A stretch of 21,372 nt of DNA from Selaginella moellendorffii (taxonomy: Eukaryota > Plantae > Lycopodiophyta), in assembly GCF_000143415.4 (NCBI RefSeq), contig NW_003314289.1:451447-472818 (forward strand), read 5' to 3'. Position numbers and translations under genes: made by a program. Below, piece after piece: positions 1 to 9,058 of this stretch. Under the pieces are notes generated by a model. The model made no database searches and was not told the DNA's origin. It was given only the letters and a program-made list of their open reading frames with translations. Position 1 is the stretch's first letter; each line of letters begins with the position of its first letter.

Positions 1-238
1 TGAGTCTCGAGCCTCATTCCTGATGATGATGTGGCGCCTCCTCGACCTCAGCTGTATTTAGGCTGTCCTCGATCCAGAGTGGTGGAGCTTCATCAACCTA
101 TAGTATATATAGGTTAGCCTTGTTCCATTTCTCCACAATCTGAATCAACACCAGTCTAAGGCCTCTTTTTTGTTTTCACTAGCTTTTTCTCTTTGTCTTT
201 AGCATTTTCCAGTCTTGATCTTGTTGGGGGTCTTGACA
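1..238 (+). repeat. 5' LTR (partial; about 148 bp lie left of the window)
   Basis: Matches 5213-5451 with 4 substitutions (positions 14, 33, 168, 170) and one 1-nt indel. Ends ...GGGGGTCTTGACA at 238. Confidence 0.97.
104..112 (+). promoter_or_regulatory. LTR TATA box
   Basis: TATATATAG lies about 30 nt upstream of the PBS-complementary segment (134-148), where the transcript 5' end is predicted. Confidence 0.65.
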
Positions 239-240
239 GT

Positions 241-255
241 TTGATTCAGATTGTG
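241..255 (+). other. Primer-binding site, self-priming type
   Basis: TTGATTCAGATTGTG starts 2 nt after the LTR end and is the exact reverse complement of LTR bases 134-148 (CACAATCTGAATCAA). It lacks the TGG start of a tRNA-type PBS. Confidence 0.85.
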
Positions 256-335
256 TTTTTTGCTTTTCTTTTAGCTTGTTTTGATTATTTGATTGCCTTT
301 ATCTTTTCCCCCCTTTCTTTTCTTTCTTCTTGCCA

Positions 336-1307
336 ATGGAGTCTCCAAGTCATCCTGATTTCTTTGCCGAAGTCCTTGCAAAAATCCAGTCTGAGAATAC
401 CGAGCTGAAGGCGACCCTTCTTCGCATGCAGCAGGAGCTTGCTTCACTTTCGGCTCAAGGATCCAGCAAAGTTCCTGAACCGAAGGTGAGTTTCCCGGCG
501 AAATTTTCAGGCAAACGTTTGGAGCTTCGTGGATTTTTGAATCAAATGGAGCTGATCTTTGCACTTCAACATCGGCGGTACCCCACTCCCGAGTCTCAAA
601 TCGGCGCGATTGGGACGTTGCTCGAGGGTGCAGCTTTGTCATGGTTTTCTCCTCTTCTGGAGAAGAGCATGAAAGGGGTCATGGTTCCGGAGCTGATGGA
701 TCTTCAATTGTTCAAAGAGAAGCTCGAAGCATGTTTTGGCGAGATGGATCGGGTTCGGGCTGCTACCACAAAGATGAGACGTCTCTCTCAGGGGTCTCGT
801 CCTGCCTCGATCTACGCTGCAGAGTTCCAACTCCTTGCCTTGGACACTCAGTGGGATGAGCGGGCCTTGATTGACCAATTTCGTTTCGGCCTCAACAACG
901 GTGTCAAGGATTTGTTGCTCACCATGGAGGATCCCAAGGACCTGTCGGACGCCATCAACAAAGCTGTTCGATGTGACAATCGTCTCTTTGAACGTCGTCA
1001 GGAAAGTCGCCGCGCCGCTGTTTTTCCGTCCCAGACTCAGGAATCCCAGCTTGAGTCTTCGGGGCATAGTCCTGAACCTACTGCTCCGGTCCCGATGGAT
1101 ATTTCTAGTACTCCCCGACTCATTAGAGGGAAGTTGAGTCCTGCTGAGAGGCAACGTCGAATATCTCATAATCTTTGCCTCTACTGTGCTGATCCTAATC
1201 ACAAAGCAGCTGTGTGTCCCAGGAAGCCTCCCCGATTGCTCGAGTTCACTCTACCTCAAAGTCCACCACTGTTGCAGTCGGGAAACGACCCTGTCCAAAC
1301 AGAGTAG
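336..1307 (+). CDS. gag: Gag (capsid plus CCHC nucleocapsid)
   Basis: ATG at 336, uninterrupted ORF. It has retrotransposon-gag-like motifs (FSGKR..LRGFL, LSQG..., FRFGL), VPMDIS, and the zinc knuckle CLYCADPNHKAAVC (CX2CX4HX4C). Confidence 0.95.
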   Translation: MESPSHPDFFAEVLAKIQSENTELKATLLRMQQELASLSAQGSSKVPEPKVSFPAKFSGKRLELRGFLNQMELIFALQHRRYPTPESQIGAIGTLLEGAALSWFSPLLEKSMKGVMVPELMDLQLFKEKLEACFGEMDRVRAATTKMRRLSQGSRPASIYAAEFQLLALDTQWDERALIDQFRFGLNNGVKDLLLTMEDPKDLSDAINKAVRCDNRLFERRQESRRAAVFPSQTQESQLESSGHSPEPTAPVPMDISSTPRLIRGKLSPAERQRRISHNLCLYCADPNHKAAVCPRKPPRLLEFTLPQSPPLLQSGNDPVQTE

Positions 1308-4300
1308 GAGCTGTCTGTTTGGACTCCCCAAATAAAAATCACTTTTCTTCCTTATCAAGCTCCTCACCACCTTTCATCAAAGCCACCACCAATTCCCGCA
1401 ACTTCCGCGTCCCATGTCTCCTTTCTTTCACCGGACAATCAGGACTCAAGGCTTTGGTGCTACTGGACTCGGGTGCAACTTCCTGCTTCATGGACACGGA
1501 CTTTGCTGCCCGACATCACGTTCCTCTTTCTCCTACCATACGGGATCTAAGGGTTGAAGGCATCGGCGGGCATTTTGTGTCTCCATCTTCTGGACTTAGG
1601 GAAACGTTGCCCGTTCGAGTACACATCGGGTCCACCGTCACCGATATCGCCTTCAACATCATCAACAGCAAGTCTTCCTCTGTGGTGCTCGGTCTTCCTT
1701 GGTTCCAACTACATCAGCCTCAGATTTGTTGGAAGGACTTACAGCTCATCTCTCCCACATCACCATCTCCCATGGCTTCCCCTGGTGTTCATCAAGTCCG
1801 AATCAGGAAAAGTTCCCTAAACTCAAGTCGGGGTTCTGTTCCTGACTCTACGCAGTTTTCATCCTCTTCTTTTTTCTCTCTTCCATATTACACTGGACAG
1901 TATCCTCGTCTCATCATTCCATTTAGTCGTACTCCTCCTCCTATCTCCACAATCACTATGAAAGAACTCCTTCATGAAGAACCTCTTTTTCTTTTTGCTT
2001 TGCATGTTTCTCCTGTCAGTCTTCCTGAGAAGTATCATGATTTTGGGGATGTGTTTGACAAGAAAAAAGCTAGTGTACTGCCTGTTCATTGGCCTTATGA
2101 TTGTCCCATTGATTTACAGGAAGGAGCGTCACCTCCGTGGGGGCCTATCTACGGGTTATCCCCGTCCGAGCTTAAGGCCCTCAAAGAGTACGTGGATGAG
2201 AACCTTGCCTCGGGCTACATTCAGCATTCGCAGTCCCCGGCTGGAGCGCCTGTCTTCTTTGTCAAGAAGAAGGATGGGAGCTTGCGGTTAGTCATCGACT
2301 ACCGAGGTTTGAACAAGGTGACTGTTCGGAACCGTTATCCGCTGCCCCTGATCTCGGACTTGTTGGAACGCCTCGGCGGTGCCCGCTTCTTCACCAAGAT
2401 TGACCTCCGTGGAGCATACAACCTGATCCGGATCCGGCCTGGTGATGAATGGAAGACTGCGTTCCGAACCCGCTATGGCCACTTCGAGTACACTGTCATG
2501 CCATTTGGCTTGACAAATGCTCCAGCGGTTTTCCAACACATGGCGAACAACGTTTTTCGGGAGTTTCTTGATCAGATGGTGATCGTCTACCTCGATGACA
2601 TCCTCATCTACTCAAAAACTCAGGAGGAGCATGACGAACATGTTCGCAAGGTGCTAGCGAAGCTGCGAGAACACGGCCTATACGCGAAGCTTGAGAAATG
2701 TTCCTTTGATCAGCAGTCTGTGGAGTTCCTTGGGTACATTGTCACTCCTGAGGGTATCACGATGGATCCTGCTAAAGTCAAGACTATTCTCGAATGGGAG
2801 CCTCCACAATCAATGTCAGACGTTCAGGTTTTCCTTGGCTTCGCCAACTTCTACCGCAAATTCATTGATCACTACTCTGACATTGTCCTTCCTCTCACAC
2901 ATCTCACTCGCAAGGATGTTCCCTTCTCTTGGTCTGCTACTGCCCAGCAGGCTTTCGACACACTCAAGGCGGCCTTCAGTTCTGCTCCTGTCTTGATCCA
3001 TGCTGATTCCTCACAACCTTTCTTCATCGAGGCTGACGCCTCCGACTTTGCCATTGGTGCTGTGCTATCTCAACTCGGAGCGGATCACGAACTTCATCCG
3101 GTCGCTTTCCATTCTCGGAAATTCCAGCCTGCAGAGATCAATTACGAAATCCATGACAAGGAGCTTCTTGCCATCGTGGATTCCTTTGGAGAGTGGCGCC
3201 GTTTCTTGGAGGGGGCGAGCCATCAAACAACAGTCTGGACGGATCACAAAAATCTCAAGTACTTTGCCACTTCCCGAGTTTTAAGCCGTCGTCAAGCAAG
3301 GTGGGCACAATTCCTGAGTCGGTTTGACTTTGTTATCAAGTACAGACCTGGAAAGTTTCAAGGCCTTCCTGATGCTCTTTCAAGGCGCTCCTATCTCAGT
3401 CTCAGGCCTGGTAATCCTGCCTTCGATCAACAGGATCAAGTTATCCTCGGTCCTGATCGGCTTCAAGTTATGGCAATTTCCCTGGCCCCTCAGGACTCCT
3501 CCTTGATGGATGCAATCAGAAACGATCTTCAATCCGATGATCTCGCTAGCGACATTTTTCCCCATCTTCAGGCTGGACACCCAGTGACTCCCGACTGCCG
3601 GCGATTTGACGAGTTCGAGTTCTTAGATGGCTTATTGTACCGTGGGGAGCAGCTTTACGTTCCTGAAGGTGATGCTCGAAGGTTGATCCTGATGGCGTGC
3701 CACGATAGCCCGACTGCTGGTCACTTCGGCATTGCGAAAACCTATGAGCTAGTTGCACGGGACTTTTGGTGGCCTCACATGGACGACTACATCAAAGCTT
3801 TTGTTACCTCCTGTGACACTTGTGCCCGGAATAAGGTACCTCGCCACCTTCCTTCAGGTTTGCTTCGTTCCCTTCCGGTCCCTTCAGGTCCTTGGGAATC
3901 CATCTCCATGGATTTCTTGAGTGATCTTCCGAGTTCTGGAGGCTTCAACAGCATTTTAGTCGTGGTGGATCGCTTCACAAAGATGGCGCACTTCTTGCCA
4001 TGTACCAAGGAGTTTTCGGGCGAGGACATGGCAAAACTGGTATTCAGGGAAATTTTCCGACTTCATGGGATTCCTACAGATGTGGTTTCGGATCGGGGGC
4101 CTCAGTTCATCTCTCATTTCTGGCAACGGTTTTTGCAGCTGCTTGGAGTGAAGGCCAACCTCTCTTCGGCATATCATCCTCAAACTGATGGGCAGTCCGA
4201 GCGAACGATTCAGACGTTGGAACAATTCTTGAGGTGCTTCATCAACTATCATCAGGATAACTGGTTCGATATCCTTCCCCTTGCTGAGTTCTCCTATAAC

Positions 4301-5053
4301 AACTCTGTTCACTCCTCTCTTCGAGTTTCCCCCTTCTTTGCGAACTCTGGCCGAAATCCCCGATTCAATCTCTCACTTCCTTCTCCATCTGAATCCTCTC
4401 ATTCAAATCCCCGCTCTGAATCATTTCTCTCCAACCTTCAGGAAATCCACAACTCCATCTCCTTCCACCTCCATCGTGCTCAGGAATCTCATAAAACATT
4501 TGCCAATGTCCATCGTCAGGATTGTCCCCCTTACAATATCGGGGATAAAGTCTGGCTCCTCAGGCGAAATATCTCCACCACCAGGCCCTGTCCAAAACTT
4601 GATTTCAAACGCCTTGGTCCTTTCCCTATCACTGCCATCATTAATCCTGTCACTTATCGCCTTGCACTTCCCTCCTCATATCAAATTCACCCCGTTTTTC
4701 ACTCCTCTCTCCTTGAGCCTTATATTCCCAGTCCTATTCCAAATCGGGTCATTCCTCCGCCTCCACCAGTGCAGCTCGAGGATGGGTCTGAGTACGAGGT
4801 TCAGGACATCCTTGATTCCAAGATTTCACGATCTAAACTCTACTATCTGGTGGACTGGAAGGGTTACGGACCTGAGGAACGCACTTGGGAACCTGCGGAC
4901 AACCTGATTCATTCTCCTGACCTTGTTCAGGACTTCCACCGCCGCTATCCTTCTCGTCCCAGTCCTCATTCTTTTTCTCCATCTCCCATCCCTCGCCGCT
5001 CATCTCATCCTCCTCTTCGTTCTGGTTCACATCCTCGTTCCACTCGTTCTTGA
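1214..5053 (+). CDS. pol: Pol polyprotein (protease, RT, RNase H, integrase, chromodomain), probably expressed as Gag-Pol via the frameshift at about 1286
   Basis: Stop-free ORF with LLDSGAT (PR), YLDDILI (RT), EADASD...DKELLAI (RNase H), H...H...CDTC plus SMDF/SDRGPQF/SERTI (IN), a GPF motif, and EYEVQDIL...YLVDWKGYGPEERTWEP (chromodomain, about 4790-4950). Confidence 0.97.
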   Translation: MSQEASPIARVHSTSKSTTVAVGKRPCPNRVGAVCLDSPNKNHFSSLSSSSPPFIKATTNSRNFRVPCLLSFTGQSGLKALVLLDSGATSCFMDTDFAARHHVPLSPTIRDLRVEGIGGHFVSPSSGLRETLPVRVHIGSTVTDIAFNIINSKSSSVVLGLPWFQLHQPQICWKDLQLISPTSPSPMASPGVHQVRIRKSSLNSSRGSVPDSTQFSSSSFFSLPYYTGQYPRLIIPFSRTPPPISTITMKELLHEEPLFLFALHVSPVSLPEKYHDFGDVFDKKKASVLPVHWPYDCPIDLQEGASPPWGPIYGLSPSELKALKEYVDENLASGYIQHSQSPAGAPVFFVKKKDGSLRLVIDYRGLNKVTVRNRYPLPLISDLLERLGGARFFTKIDLRGAYNLIRIRPGDEWKTAFRTRYGHFEYTVMPFGLTNAPAVFQHMANNVFREFLDQMVIVYLDDILIYSKTQEEHDEHVRKVLAKLREHGLYAKLEKCSFDQQSVEFLGYIVTPEGITMDPAKVKTILEWEPPQSMSDVQVFLGFANFYRKFIDHYSDIVLPLTHLTRKDVPFSWSATAQQAFDTLKAAFSSAPVLIHADSSQPFFIEADASDFAIGAVLSQLGADHELHPVAFHSRKFQPAEINYEIHDKELLAIVDSFGEWRRFLEGASHQTTVWTDHKNLKYFATSRVLSRRQARWAQFLSRFDFVIKYRPGKFQGLPDALSRRSYLSLRPGNPAFDQQDQVILGPDRLQVMAISLAPQDSSLMDAIRNDLQSDDLASDIFPHLQAGHPVTPDCRRFDEFEFLDGLLYRGEQLYVPEGDARRLILMACHDSPTAGHFGIAKTYELVARDFWWPHMDDYIKAFVTSCDTCARNKVPRHLPSGLLRSLPVPSGPWESISMDFLSDLPSSGGFNSILVVVDRFTKMAHFLPCTKEFSGEDMAKLVFREIFRLHGIPTDVVSDRGPQFISHFWQRFLQLLGVKANLSSAYHPQTDGQSERTIQTLEQFLRCFINYHQDNWFDILPLAEFSYNNSVHSSLRVSPFFANSGRNPRFNLSLPSPSESSHSNPRSESFLSNLQEIHNSISFHLHRAQESHKTFANVHRQDCPPYNIGDKVWLLRRNISTTRPCPKLDFKRLGPFPITAIINPVTYRLALPSSYQIHPVFHSSLLEPYIPSPIPNRVIPPPPPVQLEDGSEYEVQDILDSKISRSKLYYLVDWKGYGPEERTWEPADNLIHSPDLVQDFHRRYPSRPSPHSFSPSPIPRRSSHPPLRSGSHPRSTRS
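1280..1364 (+). promoter_or_regulatory. -1 programmed ribosomal frameshift signal (slippery heptamer plus pseudoknot)
   Basis: G GGA AAC at 1280-1286 is in the gag frame, followed by a 6-nt spacer. Stem 1 is 11 bp (1293-1303/1314-1324). Loop bases AGGAGCT (1306-1312) are complementary to AGCTCCT (1358-1364). The pol ORF is in the -1 frame. Confidence 0.85.
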
Positions 5054-5061
5054 GGAGGGGG
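5052..5061 (+). other. Polypurine tract
   Basis: GAGGAGGGGG ends 3 nt before the TG of the 3' LTR and overlaps the pol stop codon (TGA, 5051-5053). Confidence 0.9.
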
Positions 5062-5064
5062 TGC

Positions 5065-5451
5065 TGTCAGGAATCCCCCAATTCTTGCCACATTCCTGAC
5101 TCTCGCCGGATTCCTGACCTGCAGACCACATTCCTGACTCTCAAGACACTTCTCTATTCCTGACTCTCGAGACACTTCCCTATTCTTGACTCTCGAGACA
5201 CTTCCCGATTCCTGAGTCTCGAGCCACATTCCTGATGATGATGTAGCGCCTCCTCGACCTCAGCTGTATTTAGGCTGTCCTCGATCCAAGAGTGGTGGAG
5301 CTTCATCAACCTATAGTATATATAGGTTAGCCTTGTTCCATTTCTCCACAATCTGAATCAACACCAGTCTAAGGCCTCTTCTCTGTTTTCACTAGCTTTT
5401 TCTCTTTGTCTTTAGCATTTTCCAGTCTTGATCTTGTTGGGGGTCTTGACA
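5065..5451 (+). repeat. 3' LTR (387 bp)
   Basis: Starts TGTCAGGAATCCCCCAA and ends TTGGGGGTCTTGACA, forming an imperfect terminal inverted repeat. Followed by ATATC, the candidate 5-bp TSD, whose left copy is outside the window. Confidence 0.97.
5092..5235 (+). repeat. Tandem repeats in LTR U3 (26-bp unit)
   Basis: ATTCCTGACTCTCGAGACACTTCCCT-like units at 5130, 5156 and 5182, and a partial unit at 5208. The ATTCCTGA core also occurs at 5092, 5110 and 5228. Confidence 0.9.
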
Positions 5452-8400
5452 ATATCAAGCTTATGGACAACAAGCTCACAGATAGTGGTGTCTTAGAGTG
5501 GCTCAAGAACATTGTCAATGCAGCGAGTAAAGATCAAGCTTCCAAAATGAAATGTCTTTAACCTTGAGCTTTCCAAATGCAAGTTCCAATTCCACTATCA
5601 AAACCTCTAGCAAATGCCAAAATTAACCTCATACTTGTCAAGATAAAATATCTTAGATTCCTTGTGACAACAAGGTTTATCCCAACTCATGCCTCAAATC
5701 TATAGCTACAGTGAAGAACTTTTGGAGTTACATAGTAAGCATTTCTAACAAAAACTGTGAACTTGTCATCTATAACAAAGCGTGTTGGTTGGTCACTTTT
5801 TTTTTCCTAGGAGTGTTTATTATTTTAGGGCAAAAAGAAAATCCAGGAATTTTGATTTCTTTAGTTTTTGATGTTACACATGCAAGACAATTGATTCCTA
5901 AATTCATGATAACATAAATCCATTTTTTTCCTATGTTTTATGTTAAGGGAAAGAGTTCTAAGAAGATCATGATCAATGAGATGCCAATCAAGGACATTAA
6001 CAACCACTACTACCAATGCTAGGGTGATACACAAAGGAAAACTTATATTCTTTGAAACAGGCATAGTTGAGTGTGTTATATCAGTTAATGTTGCTGATGC
6101 AGAAAGTTTTGAGATACATATTGTTGGGTTCAATGAGAGTACCAAGCATTTTCAAGTGAGATTGAGCAAGGTAGCATCTATATATTTTTAGGGAACTACA
6201 ATGAAAAGAGTACACCTATATTGTTCACATCTAAATATGTTAAAGATCACACTTATATGTTATTTTGACTATTGAATGCCATACATAGCAACAATAAACA
6301 GTGGCCTTAAAATGGAAAATTGTATAACATAAGTAATTTTATGGGAAGCTCTGACTCATACCCCAATCACCAATGATCTTTGCTAAGCTGAGGTGGCAAT
6401 AGGACCATTTGTGATCTTTGCACTATGCTTTGAAAAGCATGTATTGCTCATGGTCACTACATGTTTCAAATAGTAATCACATATTATACATCAATCCCAC
6501 TCTTGGGTTCTTACTGGAACTTCCCATTGAGAGGGTAAATAGGCAGCACCCCACGAGAAATAAATCTTCATTAAGACTAAACACAAGATCTAAGGCAAGA
6601 TCTAAGACACTCATTCAATCTCAAGTCACTCAACTCCATGTGCTAGAAGGAAACTAAGATGCACTCCTCCACTCCTGCAACAAAGACCATGATGCCAGCA
6701 TTACAACTGTCACAGTCAAAGCTGTTGACTCACTAGGGCTGTATATAGAAATGTCTGGTTGGCACCCCCTAGAGGCTATTGTCTTTGGAATTTTTAGGGT
6801 TGGAAGTTTGCAGCCTTTTGCTGTTTTAATATTGTCCTGGACACGACTTCTACCTCACAACTACTTGAATATGATAGCTGGCTCAATGCCAAATAGGGAA
6901 CAGAAAGAAAGAGAGGAAAGAAGGCTGATAACTAAATAATAATTTTTTGTGTAGCAGTATTACAAATTAAGAAGTTTTAAGAGATTAAATTAAGGTTCAA
7001 ATACTTGCTCAAGCTCCTGATGCATAGGCCTCTAGACACAAGCTTTCATAGACCATTAAATCTTTTAGCAAGAATCCTTATCAATCCCAAAGATTTAAAA
7101 ATTATCATATGACATTAGGAGAAATCATTGCAAACTCAAGCCATAGGACACTCAGCCATCCCATAAAGATTGTGCAACATTGAAAAAGGTGGCTAGGGTG
7201 TTTTTTTGGTGATCATGAGTAGGATGTATGGATTAATCGAAGTTATATACTGGATCATGATGGTGCTGCAATTGGTTTTCACACAATTTTGATGAACATC
7301 TTTCTGTGTCAGGACCTCAACTATTTGAGGTTAGTATTTAAATTGTGCAGAAAATCACAACAATTGGATTAAGAAATATCCTAGGATGCAGCTAGATATT
7401 CTAGGTATTTTCTGTATACTGTGGTTTTCTAGAGCAAACCAAAACTTAAAATAAAACATAGATTATAAGCTAAATATACTAATTATAGTAGTTTAGCATA
7501 AATTGGATGTCCATCCATTTTTATATATAGCTAATTCCTAATTAATCCCATATCTCAAACACTCAAAATATAAATACTAGAAAATTGAAAATAATAATAG
7601 CCCTTTAATTAAAATTAAATCTAGATCATCCAAAATGAATCTATAGAAAACAATATGCTATGAATATAGTGTTGGTGACGGCATTCTCTTTAACACAAGT
7701 GTCTAAAAAGATTAAATGACATTATTTTATCTTTTCCACAAGTATTATAAATAATAACTTAAATAATGTAGAAAAAATTCTTAAGAATGTATCACTAGAA
7801 GTGATTAAGTGTTTTAGTTTATTTTGAGCACTTTTATCTTGGTGGTAAGTTTATACTTTCCTTTACTCAGCAAAACTAACATCAAAATTATTAGTAGAAT
7901 CATAAATGTGGCCATGTTTTAAGAAGCTGCAAATCTGTATCCTTTGCTAATAGAAGTATCACAGCCAAATGTAAGACTATAGATAAGAAATTCAAAGATA
8001 CCAAGCTATCAGTAATTGGATGTGGAGATCTAATGACTTGTTCTAATATTGAAAGTATCTTGCATAGATTCTCTTTTAAAAAAGGTTAATATCGATACAT
8101 ATGCAACCAAAGGTCAAGCTTGTGGGGGCTTTCTTAAGACGTGTTCTCCCACCTCTTATAACAAAAATTCAGGGGACTAACTGCTAATTGCACTAGAATT
8201 GACAAAAGTAGATATTAAAAGGTGCAAATTGAACCAAACCATAAGCTGTCTTTTGGATGATCAAGTTGCAAATATAGGAATGGAACTGTAAACAAATAGA
8301 AATGAATACTTAGAATGGTAAATAGGATAATCTTATTATTATCATTACATGCCATGGGAATTGAACACGCAACTGGTGTCGTGTAGCCCTAAAATTCTGC

Positions 8401-8456
8401 TCAATGCAAGGCCTTGGGCGCTCCACGTCAGCTCACTGCGCGCTACAGAGATCGAG

Positions 8457-9058
8457 ATGGCTATGGCCTTGTTCGTCCCTAGCCCTTCTTCTTCCTCCTC
8501 CTCCACTCACGGATGGAAGAGATTCCAATCCCCATCGCGCTCGCGATCGATCGTCCAGGTAAGGGCTTCCTCCTCCTCGCCTCCGCCGGATTCCCCCGGC
8601 TCGACGCCGTTGCGCCGCCCGGGAGCGCCTAGCACCGTCAAGCCAGCGCCATCGCCATCGCCATCGCCATTACCGGAGACGCCAGCCCCATCTCCAGCTC
8701 CATCTCCAGCTCCAGCTCCAGCGAATCCTATCGCTGCTGCCACTGGATTTGAGAGCGGCGTGACGGTGGAATTCCAGCGGCAACGAGCCAAGGAGCTCCA
8801 AGAGTACTTCCTGGACAGGAAATTCCAGCGCCAGGCCGAGGAGGGTCGGATCTTTGGCTGGAGCCGCAAGAACGAGGTCGGTAATGGCAGGTAAACCCAT
8901 CAATCCACAAAATTCGCAGCCAATCTCCCTTCCAATCTCGCAGATGGGCGATGTTTGGGATCGCGGTGGGATTGCTCACAGAGTTCGCGACTGGATCTAG
9001 CATTGTCGATCAACTGAGAATCGTCGTCGCCAATCTGGGAATCGCCGATTTCGACTGA
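8457..9058 (+). CDS. OHP2: One-helix protein 2 (LHC-like, chloroplast); exons 8457-8890 and 8944-9058; 182 aa
   Basis: Ser/Arg-rich transit peptide, Pro-rich linker and VTVEFQRQRAKELQEYF, then the LHC helix NEVGNGR|WAMFGIAVGLLTEFATGSSIVDQL across a 53-bp GT-AG intron. Confidence 0.93.

Larger units (their letters stand above)
1..5451 (+). mobile_element. Ty3/Gypsy LTR retrotransposon, chromovirus (Tf1/sushi/Tcn1-like); 5' end truncated by the window edge
   Basis: Direct repeats 1-238 and 5213-5451. The 3' LTR runs TG...CA (5065-5451). Gag is followed by PR-RT-RNaseH-IN-chromodomain, the Gypsy domain order. The PPT lies just upstream of the 3' LTR. Confidence 0.98.

Noticed and set aside
4281-4907. 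208-aa overlapping ORF within integrase, and other ORFs nested in or antisense to gag-pol
   Set aside because: Explained by the C/T-rich strand bias, which depletes stop codons; no motifs.
5130-5235. CRISPR-like appearance of the 26-bp repeats
   Set aside because: Head-to-tail units with no unique spacers, inside a eukaryotic LTR, and no cas genes.
5711-6939. Short ORFs right of the LTR
   Set aside because: No recognisable domains or consistent splice structure; treated as decayed sequence.
8349-8456. Upstream in-frame ATG extending OHP2 by 36 aa
   Set aside because: The extension does not resemble a transit peptide and covers promoter-like motifs. ATG 8457 (GAGATGG) begins a typical transit peptide.
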